This document shows, one piece after another, positions 49,001 to 63,505 of a stretch of 64,000 nucleotides of DNA. A program made the position numbers and the translations under genes. Positions within the stretch are counted from its first letter, which is position 1. The number at the start of each line of letters is the position of its first letter. The DNA comes from Lingula anatina. Its lineage: Eukaryota; Animalia; Brachiopoda. Location: contig CM120640.1 in the NCBI GenBank assembly GCA_051362555.1, forward strand, positions 18,538,001 to 18,602,000. Reading direction: 5' to 3'. The notes below the pieces were generated by a model. It searched no databases and had not been told where the DNA came from. It saw only the letters and a program-made list of their open reading frames with translations.

Positions 49001-52000
49001 TCTGGAAGAGAAATTGACAAAATGTTTTATGAGGATAGCATTGCTTGTACCTGAAGATATAAATGCATTACCACTTACAAAAAAATTAGAGCAAATGACA
49101 TCAATAGAAAGCATGCAACTGGCATACTATTTCACAAAATTTCACACCATATGAATAACATATTGATATCAATTTCCAACTGAACAAACTGCTCACCAAA
49201 ATTTCAAAACCGATTTCTGGATTTTCCTCAACTCATGATATATGATAAAACAAGTATTTACCAGTCTCAGTGCTTCTTCCCACTGGCAGCCCTCAATCAG
49301 AACTACAACAGCCTCTTCTATGTCCTGTAAAAATGGATAATGAGACTTACTGGTTGATCTGTAGCTTTATACTGTGGGTTCTAATAATGAAGGTATCACA
49401 CCATGATTTCATAACTTACTTTAATATACTGCTCAAGGATACAAGCTGCTTCAGTGAACCTTCCAGCATTCTTCAATTCAGCTGAAAGGAGAAAATAAAT
49501 AAAATCATAAAATAACAAAAATAAAAATTATAACAGCCCTGCAATTTCAATGCATACATCTCTTAATTCAGTACTGTAAAAAAAACAATACAAGAAGAAA
49601 AAATGCAACATCTACAGTTTAAATCTTCTGTACTACCTACAAATAAAATTTCACCTCCAGGCATCCATATATCAGTTTTTAATAGTCATCTGAACAATTG
49701 TTATACAGCACTTACTGACAAGCATTCTAGATAAGTCATTCATTTTAGTTTCTTCATACTGTAGCTTTGCAGCCATAATGAGAGCCATTCTCCAGCTAAG
49801 AGCCTTTACAAATGCATTCAAAGCTTTCTCATGGTCCCCTGCTTTGCTATACATTAGCCCCGCATCTTCATACTGCTTCTTGTCAGACAGATGTGTCCCA
49901 TATGCACTGGCAATTTCCTGAAGTTAATATTTGGACACTGATGATACTTATAAAAATGGAATAAAACGTGTTCAATGACAAACCAAAAAAACTTTCACAG
50001 ATGCAATTTTTTTGTATGGAGCAAAAAACTTTGTCTTTGCAAATTAAAAGTTTAACAAAAAATTGCAATCAAACAAAAAGATTTACCATGTACTCCTGGG
50101 TGGTTTTATCAAAGAGCTGAAGAGCTTGTGCATATAAGCTGTGATCTTTTACCAGTGTAAGGCACTCTGAGAAATGACTGGGACCTAAATGCAGTTACAG
50201 AGTACAAATTAATGGATGAAACAATCAAACACATAAAACTATAAACAAAATGAACCGATTCTTTAACTCCAAATCAGAGTGAAATACGAAAGTTCAATGA
50301 TTAGTAGTACTTGTATTTGTGTCCCTCTTGCATTTGATGAAAATTTGATCATTTATCAGTGTAAGAGATCATATACTGGATTTCCTGAAAAAATGAAATC
50401 AACACAATTTCCTGGAGTTCTAAACAATTTACTAGTCCTCACTGATTCTATCAAGTCTTAAACTTATATACTTCCTTTAAATATACATATTTTGACAACC
50501 ATTTTTCACCTGTCTAATAATTAGTAGGGTTTAGAAATTTCAATTAATTAAAGCATGAAACAAGCTTTTACACAAAAGCACAGGCCATCTTAAACAAAAA
50601 TAAACATTTAATACATAATTTTCAAATGTTTGTGTCATAACTTTTTTTTAAAAATAATTTTTTTTCTGATACACTCACCACACTTGGCAATGTGTCCAAG
50701 AGCTGAAGAATACCTCTTCAGGTGATTATCGATTGTAAATTTCTGGTAGTTGCTTTCCAAGGACTGCAGACGATTCAGGAAGGGTAAATATTCCTTGGGA
50801 TCCTAGAAAACATATTTCAAGAACATCATTTTTAAACAAACTCTGTTAAAAACATACTAGCATTTCTCTAGATTGAATGTCTTTTGAAAAAACTGATCTG
50901 TTAGATGTGCATGTTCACATTTCAACCTCTTTCAAAACAAATACTGATAATAATACTTTGTCAAGACTGACTAACAAATTGTACTGAACTTTCAAATTTT
51001 TAACTGCACTTGTTAGTACCTGATCACCATATTCAAACAACATGATTTATTCCAGATAACATTTCCACATATCAGGAGTATATCCAGATGGTAACAAATT
51101 ACCTTTTGTGACTTTTCTGCCACCATCAATACCAGGTGAAAATCATATGTGCCCAGTGCAACATCGTACAGCTCATTCACATCCACAAGGTAGAGTAAGT
51201 GTCTCAGAGACTCATTCATTCCCACTGGATTGTTGCCTTAGAAATCATGGAAATGAAACAGAAGTACAGGTTCAAATCAGCAGCTTACTATCAATAATGG
51301 TAGTCTCCTGAATGGAGGACATAGTAACAACCTGAAGCAGTACCAATATCAATATCTTAAACTTCTACAAATTGAGACAGTGAAATGTCTTATTTCTAAG
51401 AAAATTAGATAAAGACTTAAAATGCTGGTATGCAATTAGAGTTCAGGGGCCAGTTCCAGGGTTAAAATGAGGTTAAAATTAGGTTAGAAACTGGTCTCAA
51501 TTTCAAAACTGAAAACTGTACTCTGCTTTTACCAATGATAAATCTGTAGTACATGGTCCATGCCTAATACTGTAATTTAAGATCAACAACATTAGCCATT
51601 TCTTTTAACATCCTAAAATAGACCCGAAATACTCAATTAATTTCAAATTGATATTTGTTTATCCTGGACTGCAATAAACCAGACCAAATATATCTGTCTA
51701 AAAAAAAATGAGAAATTAAATGTATTTTCAGACCTTCTGTGAATTTTGCTACTGTTAGAGTCACCTTTTAAATCTTTGATTTTCTGCAAGGCAAGGTCCA
51801 GTTCTGGCACTCTCTTTTTCACATGTGTTGTCAAAATGCACAAGAAATACCTAAAAAGATGAGTTGTATTTATACTTTTCTTATCAACAATGGCACTTAA
51901 ATGCACAATCCTGGAAATTACTAATTTTGTTTAGAAAAGATTCTACGCCTGGGATTTCTACTTAACACTTGTACTTACTTATCAGCATTCAGTTGCTCTA

Positions 52001-55000
52001 ATGCTGTTCTCACTGCATCACACACTCTATCCACTTTCACTGGTTTGCTGTCATCATCTTCCATTGGTTTTACCCTACCATATATCCCTGGGTACATAGT
52101 AATAGTAACATCTTCTTCTCTATAAACAATATCAATGTGTTACTTTCAAAAATATCTAACATTCATATTTATTGAAGAGGTGTTCACATGTTGTCTTTAT
52201 GTAAAATGTCTTATTAATAACAAACTGATTCTAAGAAAAATAAAAGGGTGATACTGCATGGGAAAATTTATGCATTTCATTTGTTGAATATTTGCTAAAA
52301 TCTGACAAACAGATGCTTTTTTAATATAAAAATAACTTACTGAAGGTCTGCCAGGAACAAATTAATATGCGTTGGAGAGTCAACAAGCTGAATAAATTTC
52401 TTGACATTTTCCAGAAATACTTCAGGATTATGGTCATAAATCAAGTTCATATTGATTCTGTGCTTCATCATCAGTTCAATGGCTAATTTGAACTCCAACC
52501 TGGGCAGAATAAAATGTCAGGGTTACAGACCAATAATCAATATCCAAAATTCAAATCTTTGAAGGAAATGTATACCTAAATATGCATGTTAACAGTATTT
52601 TATGCCTTTAAAACAATATGGAAAACACAAATGACATAAAAATTGATTATTAATAACCAAAAAGGATTCAACAATTTGTTCATACTTAAACAAATATAAA
52701 AACATGACCTCATCAGTTACAAACATCTAACAATAATGATTTAAAATTCAAGCAATAACATCTAAATGTCATAATCTAAAATCTATGCACAAAGAAACAT
52801 CAAGTTGTTACTGCTTAATGTACGTAAGAGGTATGAATGACTTACCTATCCAGATGTTTTCTGATAGCAGACAGTAGTAAGGCTCTTGGGTGAATGGTTT
52901 CCAAATTCCCTCTGGGCATCTGTAGGATTAACTTTGTATCATCGGGCACAACTGTCACAATGCGAGATCCACGCTCTACTCTTCTTATGCTTTCATCAAA
53001 TGGATGTGCCTTACCATCAGAGAGAGATGGAAGGTCTGAAAAAAAATTTTTTTGACAACTTACAGATAAAAGCACCCTCACTGATTAACCCCAGAAAAAC
53101 TGAAAGCCAGGGGTGGTGTTTTTGTTTGATATTAGGTTTGAAATGCACATAATGCATTCCAATAACAGATTGAAGTTATATTCAAATTAATTTCAGAAAT
53201 GAACTGGTCACTGGTCAGTTATGGCATTATGGCATTATGTTGTTTTTGCACATGATAATAATTTAGCATTTTAAGGAGAAATAAAGCAAAAATATATATA
53301 TTCCAATAAATAAGAGAAAGGGTATTAAAATAACAAAATTGACCTACCTTTAATTCTGATGCTGCGACTTATACACCTCAAAGTGTGAGACAGTGTAGTC
53401 AGCAATAAAAATGATTCATGAATGGCAAATGAGGTACAATTAGAGGCTACCTGTCATTAGAAAAAAGAAGTGATAATCAGCTAATCTCTAAAGTTATCTC
53501 TTATTTTCTTAAAAACATATCAAATTATATACTGAGATTAGTTCATCTTTTCTGGTAGTTTTGAAAATAACAAGGATTAAACTGTAACCAAGGTTGCATT
53601 TGCAATATTATAGTTTTCAAAGTTTAGTCTTCTTATTCCTTATATAAAATAATAATAATAATATTTTTGAAAGTAATAAGCCACAACCCTAATATCAACA
53701 GGAATGGATTAAAGCGATCACAATGAAAACTATTTACTCCAGAAGTCACTTACCTCCATTTCATTTACATAGCACCTGTATCTCTCTGTTAGACCAATAA
53801 CAACCTCCTGCAAAACATAGCAGTGATTTATAATCAGTATGATATTTCATTGGAAGGGAAAAAATTATTTGTGCAAATTAAAAGTTTTATGTTCCATTCA
53901 TTTTGAATTAATGACACAAATAAACATCATTGGTGTTTGTCTTTTGAAGCAAATAAGTTCAAAATGGAAGCAGAATCTTTCAAATATCTCATATACCTCT
54001 TCTCCTATGGTACATACAGCCATTTGCATACATGGTTGTGGAAAGTGAACCTCATGTCCATCCAAAGATTCCCATGGCAAAATGAGTCCACTATCTAGCA
54101 TAATGTATAAAAATAATTACACCATCATATCTTAAAATATTAGTATCACTATCAGTTGTATCTCAAACTTTTCACAGGCCTCACTTATTACAAACATTTT
54201 ATATCAAGATTTATAATATAAAGATACTCAAAAAAACAAAAGGCTATTAGACCCACAGCAACTCATGATTCAGATTTATCAAATAAAAGCTTTAAAATCT
54301 TAAGTAATTACAAACACAAATTTATATGGAAACTATAATCAAATATTTTTGCTTTACTTTTGTAAAAAAAATTACAATGTTCTATTATGGCAAAACTCAA
54401 AATTAATTACTGCAGAGGTGTGTAGCTCTTTGGGCTCAGATACAAATAAACATTTGCAGTTCTACAAATGCAAAGAATCATTCTGTTAAAGAAATAACAT
54501 TTGATATATTTTAATATTCTTACCGTGCTGATATTTTAAAAGTGAGCCACTGGCCAATTGGATGGCAACATGTGTACTGGGGCAGTTGCACATACAAATA
54601 ACCTTTTCTTCTAGCTCAAATGTTTCACTACAGATAAGAAGAACAAGAACATTTCAGTTGATCTTATCAGTTTGAACATAGTATTACAATCCCTTCTATG
54701 ATACCATGCCAAGTACCTATCTATATTATTTCCTGGTTACCATGCATTAACAAAAAATTCATAAAAATAATGAAAACCAACACGTTTAGTGACACAACAA
54801 AATTAACAGGAAAGTTTTAAATAGAGGGAAAAAGGACTCACAAAAAAAATCTGAACATACCGTACAATAAATGTTTTGTTGTCTGCATTTTCAATCAGTT
54901 CAGCTTGACATAAAGAAGAGTTCCCGCTATTTGATGACATGACAAAGAGGATACAAGTAGGATTCACCCACACCAGGTGAGAGATCCACAATGGATGATT

Positions 55001-58000
55001 AGACTGGTTACTACTCTCTTCAACATGGGCACTGAAATGAAAATAGGCATGCCATCAAATAATATGTAAAAAGTTTAAATTCTACATGAGAGATGGTGTT
55101 ATATATCCAAGATAATTTTTGTATAATGTGAAACTGTACAATTTAATCTAGTATTTTTATAACTTTTGTCTTATGCATTAAAAGAAAGTCCAAACTTAGA
55201 CAGATACTATGTCAAAAGCACTTTTGCCAAGATCAAATCAAGATATTGAGTGTCCTGTATTGAAACATAATTTAAACTGATGAACATAATTATTCAAATA
55301 ATAATCATGGCCTTAGTCAGAGGGCCTCAGGAAATACTGTGACCCAATAAACAGTTAAATTATACTAAAATTGCAATCTAGGAATACCTATAAGCATGGT
55401 GGCATGTTCCTTGAAATGATAGGCAAATGATGGGTAAAGAATTCAAATTGGGTGCAAGATTATTTTGATATATGACAAAACTCTCAAGAGCTTCTTATAT
55501 GTACCTGAAGATTCCACTTAGTCTTGGTGGCACACACGGCATTTGGAAACCATTACCACCAGCTTGTATTTTAACTGAAGCATCATGTGTGATGGCACTC
55601 TTATTTCTGAATGAATCCTGATCTGATAATAAGAAATTACAAAATATACTTCAAAATAAAGCAAAACAGATTAAAGTATTTTACATGTAAATTATTGTAC
55701 ATATATCAAGTTATAACTTTAAAAATTAATGGACCATTTCTGTTTAAAAGATAGTATTCTGATTTTTGTTGGTCATAGACTTAACAATGCAGTAAATCTA
55801 CCATCTTATTACCTTCCTTTGTAAAATTATATATAGCAATCCTTCCATCTGCCATCAGGATTGCCATTCTATCAGAATGTGGGTGTTGGGCAAAGACGAC
55901 TTGATTGACTGGCTCAGGTAGCTGTATGTGATATGCACACATGGGAGGAGGCACAACCATGGACCTAAATGGGGTAATAAGAACCCGACCTGAAATTCAA
56001 AATTAAAATTAAAATTTGATATTCACTACTTGATTGCTTGGCTGCAATTGTGAAAAGTTCCTTATCCAAAGAATCTAACATGATTCCTTTCTACAGTATG
56101 CAGTCACAAACTGAAAGTTTAAATTACTCGGCAAGCTATAAATCCAGTTCTTATTTAACCAAACATTTGATTGTCAAACCCTGACTGTATCACAACTTTG
56201 CATCTTACTTCCATCTATCACAGCCACATTTGCCTGGTCATCTTCACTGCCTCCAAGACTACAGTCAGTGGCAAAGGACCATGTGTACTGCATGTAGTTG
56301 CCTTCACTGGACACAATGTGCAACGTTAATGCATGTTCTGGGTCCCACAATATTGAAGTAGCTTTGTCAAATTGTGACTTATCCCAGATCAGTGTCTGCT
56401 TCAAATACCAATGGTAGTTGTTGACAGTCCATAACTGAACTGAAATTAAGATAAAATGATTATTTTAAGAGCAGTAAAAGAATCTGTTAGCTATTTTGCA
56501 TCCCCAAGAAAGCAAATAATTTAACCAAAAGGCTTCATCATTATTTCATATGCCTTAATTTCCAGTGATGAGAATATTAAACTTTTTTGAAACTTTTTAT
56601 TACTCACCATAAGACCTAGAACTTTCCTCGTCTTCACCATTGTTGAGCTTCTCACAAACTACAGCCAAAACTGTGGAATCATTGTTCCACTGTAACTCGG
56701 TTATCTAAGGAAGAAAATGGTCTTTTTAAAAAGTGAACTTCATAAGCCTTAAGCTTCTGCAAGAAGCAAACTAAACAAAACCATTTTTGTCTTCTATACC
56801 ATGAAACATAAATAACACAAGCCACAAAAAACCAATGTGTAAAATGTACACATCAGCTGTGCCATATATATTGTACATACCAGAACTTCATCTCTTTGAA
56901 AAGGCATAGTGAATTCTCCATGCTTTAGCCCATTCTTCTCAAAGAGCACAACATCATATTTGTTTGGCTTTCTCTGGACTGAGGCAATCAGATTGCCACT
57001 TGGTCTGCAACACAATGAAAAAATAAAAGCATTTGTAGAATCTATTGCCAAAAACAGTATTCCTGGACATTCTTTGTTTTATCACAAATTGTTTTAGTTC
57101 ACAACAAAATGGATGTCTGCCACGTACAAATGAAGCAATAGCTTCTTCTGAACACCCAAAAGGAAATTTTACATCAACCTTACTTGCAGAGAAATCCCAT
57201 AATTTAAATCAAAAAGATAATAAAATACACATGTGCTAAAAATTCAGAGAAGGAATTCACCTCCACGACAGGGTATGTTCCAATCCATCCAAGTTTTCAC
57301 TGGTAGACTGTAAGACACAGTCCCTGCTCCAAACACGTAATTTTCTAGCTCCTGAAAAACAATCTAACCACTCACAACTGCCATCTTAAATTACTGGTTC
57401 AAATATGTAAGGTTATTGAGAAAGTAGTTTCATTCATTGGGATATTTGTTTATTCATATTGAATGGAATACAGTGACCATATATCTATGCAAGTATATGA
57501 TGAAAAATAAAGACGTAAAAAACACTAAAATAAGAATAGCTTAAAACCATGTTAAAGCAAGAAGAAGGGAAAAATACAATCTGTACTGCATATAAGTTAT
57601 ATACAGATATTATTGTGATTGAAAAATATTTTCTTGCGATTTACCTGTATCTGGACTGATGGAGCTAACCACAAAGAACTGACCATCTCCCCTCCAGCTG
57701 ATGCGAGGCATGCCATCATCCCATGGAAGAGCTGGTGTTAATGCCTGAATAAAAAATATTACAGTAACGGTAAAATAAAGAATGTGGAATATCTTTACCA
57801 ATCACTAACATGAAAGAATGCCACAAATTAAATAAAAACATTCTAGCACACACGCTTTGATATTATTTGGTTGGTGATTTTCAAAAATAAGCAGGATTGG
57901 TTTTGAAAGAAAAATATGCACATGCAGCATCCCACTTTTATATAGCGGGTAGAAGACAGAAAGGCACATGAGAAAATAGCCCATCAGCAAAATTACTTTT

Positions 58001-58964
58001 AGTGAGCTTACTTCTTTTTTCAGAACAGCAGCAGCCTTGCCAGCTGATCCATGGAACTGAGTCTCTTTTTTCCCCCACCCAACTGTGATAAACTGGTCTG
58101 GAAAAAATCAAGATAAGATGACTAAATCAGTGCACTGCAATAAGTTTTTAATCACTACATTCTAAACACTTAAAAATATACTTCTGTAAGTTTATAATCA
58201 TATATCAATTCATAACCGAAATTCATGAAATTATTTTCAATATAAAAATTACCAAACTCCTAATAACGTGTGCTGAAAGCCAACTCTCTAGTAAAAAAAG
58301 GCAATATGTGATAACTGAAATATGAACAATTTTAGTTTTCCATCTCAAGAACACATACCTTCCCCAAATCCTTCAGGATTCATTGGTACCTCTGTCAGTG
58401 GGTCAAAGTCCTTGGTCATCATAATCAAAGTGTTGTTTCCTGTAGTTAAAAATATGTGATATAAGTACCAAAATAATCAGTTCCTTGTTTGACAAAAGTT
58501 AACTGCACATTTTATTATGCAAGCCTCTTTTCCAAGAAGTGTACCTAGCCTGTTAAGTACCAGTATTCCACAAATAAAGAATTATTTACATAAATATTAT
58601 TGATAAAAACTTAAATATATAATCCATGATAAAGTAATCGATTTAATCTGATGTTGGTTTTTGTGCAAAGCATCATTACTACAGCTTAAATTTGAATTGA
58701 ATCCAAACAAATCTGAACAGGCACAGTGAAAAGCCAATGCTGCAATATTTACAACAGATGAAAGAGAAACAGAATGTTGTGACTAAGTTTTTATATAAGT
58801 ATAAACAACAAGATATATTACCTGTGGAAAGTACCACCAGTTCCTGGTCTGGACTCCAGCTCATCCACCTCAGTCCACTCTCCACGCTGCCAACACTCTC
58901 CAACTGTAGAGAAAAAACAAGACATTTTCACATTTTGAAGCCATTAATGGTCATAAGGTTTTGC

Positions 58965-59032
<68 letters not shown>

Positions 59033-60037
59033 GCACGCACGCACACACTCATGCACGCACGCACACACACACACACCATACAGAACAGGCAGAGACTTCT
59101 GTAACCTATACTAATCTCTATTACTACGATATGAATGCATGTGCCCCAGGGCAATAATTTGAATTTTGAACCAAAGTAAAAGAAATCAAACATGATAAAA
59201 AAATCCATTATATTTAAAACACATTTCAATGTACCTCGACAGATACTGTGTTCCAGATGATTACATCTCCTTCATAAGTAGCCACACATACAGACATTTG
59301 ATCAGAAAGATGTTGCAGTCCCACTATTTTACCCTTGCCATCAGCTGGTAGGTATCCAGCCTCAACCAAAGATGTGGAGCCAGTCAACTACAATCAAAAT
59401 AAATCTGTAAACAACCTGAGGGAGCAATAGCTACAATGAATGGACTTCTTTTTGTGAGAAATTAGTAAGAAATAGTTTCCCACATTGAAAAAACTCTTGA
59501 ATAATCATGTTGGTCATGCAACTTCTATTGTACATGATTCTGTGTAGTAGGTTGCTTTTCTTTAGTGGGTGTTTAATTTCCCAGCAGCCTAAATGGTAGA
59601 CACCAAGATGAATCTTACCTTAATCATGATTCTGAAGGGAAAACTGGTCAGCTTTATAGAAGTGAGTGAGTTAAGGAGATAAGGGGTAAGATAAACATCT
59701 AAGAACTCCTGCATAACATTCTGTGGATGTGCAAACTGTTCATCATTTTACAGTTTTTGAGTCCTCTACTCCCATGTGTAAGCATATCCAGTACGTATCA
59801 AAAACCATATATAGCAGTACTAATTTGCGGCCCTCTTTATGATTCCTGATATGTACCAGATGCATTAACATTGTTGACATTTTTACTCACCTGTCTTGTT
59901 CTTGGGTCAAATCCTATCACCCCATGCCTCGTTCCAGCATACAATATACCCGTGTCATAGTCTACACTTATGTGCTGAGAATTACTGATCTCTGGCAGAT
60001 GGATTGCTGTTGACTTTGCAAGTTTTAAGTTCCTCAT
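46081..60037 (-). CDS. ELP1: Elongator complex protein 1 (IKAP); about 30 coding exons, first 60037-59891, last ending at TGA 46083-46081
   Basis: MRNLKL start; [18 protein letters not shown]; [16 protein letters not shown]; [13 protein letters not shown]; [11 protein letters not shown]; [10 protein letters not shown]; VVPPPM; [13 protein letters not shown]...[14 protein letters not shown]; [29 protein letters not shown]; [20 protein letters not shown]. Confidence 0.97.
46348..46560. mobile_element. Truncated second copy of the 15286-15575 MITE, opposite orientation, in the last ELP1 intron
   Basis: GGCCATTCAGAATAGATGATCCGAGTACTTACTGATCTGCTGACTAAATATGG matches the reverse complement of 15520-15573; the far TIR is incomplete. 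Confidence 0.85.
47027..47351. mobile_element. Kolobok-type MITE, copy B
   Basis: TTAA-AGGGATAATA ... TATTATCCCT-TTAA; shared internal CCCATACTTACCA, GTTAGTCCCTGG, GGAGGTCACGTGGTC. Confidence 0.82.
58967..59076. repeat. (CA)n / (GCAC)n compound microsatellite in an ELP1 intron
   Basis: About 32 perfect CA units, then degenerate GCAC/CA. Confidence 0.97.
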
Positions 60038-61399
60038 GGCTTATGGCTATAAACCAAAAACAAAACATTTGTTATGATAATATAGATATTGTCAACTTTA
60101 TTCAAATTTGAACCCGAAATCTGAATCGATATGATTTTTTGTATACAGTTGTTGGAAAATATGTAAGCAATAACCTAATACAGACTGAAGGTTTGCAAAT
60201 AGTGACGAAACAAGACATGAGTAGAGTCTTGCTACATGTGGGTATGTTACAACCTCCTAAAACCAAGGCAGTCAGATGGACCACGAAAAAAAAAAATAAA
60301 TAAATAAGTTTTAAAAAAAGAATTTTGATAGAAAATTCAAGTCTGTAGCCCAAAAATTGATAAAGATATTGCAAAAATACTCTTCCCAATTTGACACATA
60401 TTTTTCTATTTGTTTAACATTATGAGTTGTGAAAAACTGTGATCATCAAAATTGAAGAGTTATACAAAAACGTCTACCGTTTCCATAATAAATCAAGATA
60501 ATTCAATGAAATTTTCAGGAGAAACAGCCTGAAACATCCTGGATAAAATATTATATATAAATCTGAAATAGATGGAGTAAATCAATTAATTTATAAATTA
60601 ATAAGCAATTAACCCCCAACTCGTTAATCCGTAATCAAATAAAAAAGTGTTTAAATCTTACCCCAAATACTGAAACCCAGTAAGGAAACACTTAAAATGA
60701 AAAGTGGGAGATAACACAAGCAGATAGATCAGAAATTGGTATGTTTTCGGATTGCTAATAAACATCAATCAAGAAATTAGTGATCAATAAACAATCACAG
60801 GGGAACTGATAAAATCTATTTTGTTTTCTTACGTCAGCTGAAAAAAAGGTATCAGTTGGTAAAATAGATATTTCCATCTAACCTCCATAGGCAGTGCCAG
60901 ATCAGCATTATCTTGGCTCCATTGCTGAAAGAAAAATAAGAAGGAATTTTAAGGGATATCCAAATTCAAGACCCTTAATTAGTACTGGGTACATGTACCA
61001 GTAAAGCAGGAGGTGGAAACGCGCTACTTATATGATTATGACGAGTCTAACCGTCAGTACCGGATATTGGTTTGTGACCTTGAGGGGCAATAAGGCTTGG
61101 TCTTTGCGGCACGCATGAACAGTAGTCGATTTACCACACCTGGGTCTTTTGTTTTTGACAACTGTTCACTGGTCATCGAGGTGCCTGTTCAAGACTACAG
61201 ACTGATATCTACTAGTACTACCAGTGGCTTCATTGGTAACGTTCCCACAATACATGGTTTTCTGTCTGTGCGTACATACCCTGAATTTGGTTAGCCTCAC
61301 TGACGAGAACAATGGACGTTTCTTACCCCTCTCTAGGATTACCCCTGAGTAAAGCTATTAACCAAGTCCTATACCTCCTTGCTTTAACTTATGAAAAAA

Positions 61400-62236
61400 G
61401 ATGACAAATACTTACATAATTTAAGTTTCTTCAAGAAACGATAAAACGCTCGACAGTAGTTGTTTATCAGGTTGGTAAAATGTGTTTGTTAATGAAAAGC
61501 TGGACGTTCCGAAGCAAATGCTGCTACCTCATGGGCGCAGACATTTTTAAAGGGCTCGGATTTATTTCTTTGCGATATTCTATTAGTTGATATATTATGA
61601 TGATTTTATTATTTTAATTTTGATATATGTATTCTGAATTAAAATTATACTTAATAGATAATAATTAAAAGTTTTAAGATATGAGAATTTTTTTCCATGT
61701 AATATTAAGAAAAGAGAGCTAAGAGATGGAGGGAATTTAATCCCGCAGCAAGTTAACACACGCTCTTTGCAGGCAGAAGCAGTTCTCAGAAGGGGTATGT
61801 TCGTGCAGCTACGTAGTGCACGGTGGTATGAATCTAAGATTGTGCTTAAAAGCCCATTATTTTGGGAAGAATTGTTCAAAGCAAAGCTAACAATATACGT
61901 GGTGGTCTAGTAAATATGCCCTAACAAAAATATGACTGTGTCCCCCTACAATAGGTAGATCACAATCCGCTAGGGGCGCTACAGTCGTAACTGTCCACGG
62001 GCAGTGAAGTGTTAAACTGAAGTCGGCCTGCTGACAGTTTGCCTATGGAACCCCTTTTTTAAATCTCTCTTTTAGCGCTGCGTAAAAAAACTAATACAAG
62101 CCATTAACTAAATAAGTTGTAAATCAAAGAGTAAAATCCGGTCACATGATTTTCCCATGTTGCAGTCTTTGACAAGTTTCGGTTCTGCTTGTTTTAAGTT
62201 TTGCCTCTACAAAATGCTAAAAAATTTCAGGTAAGT
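61400..62236. promoter_or_regulatory. Probable divergent promoter of ELP1 (-) and LRRC28-like/N6AMT1 (+), with non-coding first exons
   Basis: CpG-richer; minus-strand donor at 61415 (AT|gtaag); plus-strand donor CAG|gtaagt at 62231; CTCF-like CCGCTAGGGGCGCTA at 61967-61981; GTCACATGA E-box ~62141. Confidence 0.55.
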
Positions 62237-62349
62237 GCTGGTATCATCTTTTTGAAATTTATATCCAGCAAAGTTTATGAAATTTGCTATATTATGTAGA
62301 AAAATCATGAAATTTGAAGGTTGCGAAGTATAGTTAATTTAATCCGCAA

Positions 62350-62682
62350 TATTACATGATGTGAAAATTACCACAGGGAAATAGCTCTGCCCTGATTAGT
62401 CACAGGCTATGTGAGCCAGACAATAGGCTGAGCACACAAAGACACACAGGGTGCTCTGCTGCGCCTGAGTGATCATTGCTGGTCAGTGGGCACAGGTTTT
62501 GAGCTGAGAAGTGTGGACACTTTTGGTGGATTTTTGCAGTTAAAAAACTTCAATATCTTTGTTGCTTGTAGGAATATTTAAAAAATTCCAAATGATTTCA
62601 TCCGGTTTTTGCATTACCTTTCAGATGATATAAGTATTTTAATTTTCTGATCAGTTTGAAAATTTTTCTGATATACCTACCT
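62350..62682. mobile_element. Degraded DNA transposon fragment related to 4201-4631
   Basis: CTTTCAGATGATATAA and terminal TTCTGATATACCTACC match the ends of the 4201 element; left boundary uncertain. Confidence 0.4.
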
Positions 62683-63030
62683 ACAAAGTACAAGGACTTG
62701 ATTTGAGTCTTGAAAAACCAGCTCATCGTGTAACGGTCACTGTGACTCCATCAGATACTTGATGTTCGATTTAATCAGTTATTTATGTCATGCGTTAGTC
62801 TTTTAGGTAAATGCACAAGTTTTCTTGGTCCAAAGTGTTTGAAAACACTTTTGGTCTCTTCTTATTTAAAAATAAATACAAATTCATGGTAGTATTCATT
62901 TTGTACTGGAGCCTTGAAACCAAGGAGTTATCTGTTATAACTCCTTGTTGAAACGAAGTTGAAAGAGATTCATCAGTGCTGGGTGAAAGAAATTTGTCAC
63001 TTAAATCTTTTATTACAGAGATGTAGCAGA

Positions 63031-63198
63031 ATGTCAATGGATGAAATCCCAGAGTTGCTGGATGCACAGAAAAACAACAACACCATACTGCAGCTGAATT
63101 ATAAAGGTCTGACAGAATTACCAAGCTGCCTTCTTCAATGTCAAGACTTAAGGCAGTTACAAAGACTGTATTTGAAAAGAAATGTTATAAAAAAGCTG
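63031..63198 (+). CDS. LRRC28: First coding exon of a leucine-rich repeat protein, LRRC28-like; the rest is outside the window
   Basis: Acceptor ttacag| at 63018; MSMDEIPELLDAQKNNNTILQLNYKGLTELPSCLLQCQDLRQLQRLYLKRNVIKKL|gtaagt resembles LRRC28 (LFLNYRNL..FP.ELL....LQYLERLYMKRNSLTSL). Confidence 0.72.
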
Positions 63199-63505
63199 GT
63201 AAGTAGTTCAATTGATTGTCACATAAATGTTATCATAAAACATAATGAAAGGAGTTTAATATAATTGCATTTGTCTTATTTTGCTTCAAAGTTAAATATT
63301 CATTGTCATAAAAGCAAGTAAAGCAAAGAAAAGAGACCAAATCTCAAAGTAATTATTCTTAAAACAAATTTTCTTGTTGCTGTTGTTATCCTTTGAAACT
63401 AAATTGTAGACACATTTTTTTGCCTAAATTAAGTGACCTGAGAATCTCTTTTCTTTGCTTCAGCATACTGCATGAGATGTGAACCCTTTCCAACTATTCA
63501 TATTC

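Noticed and set aside
61753-62016. TTAACAC...GTGTTAA, a possible piggyBac-like MITE
   Set aside because: The inverted match does not extend beyond about 7 bp.
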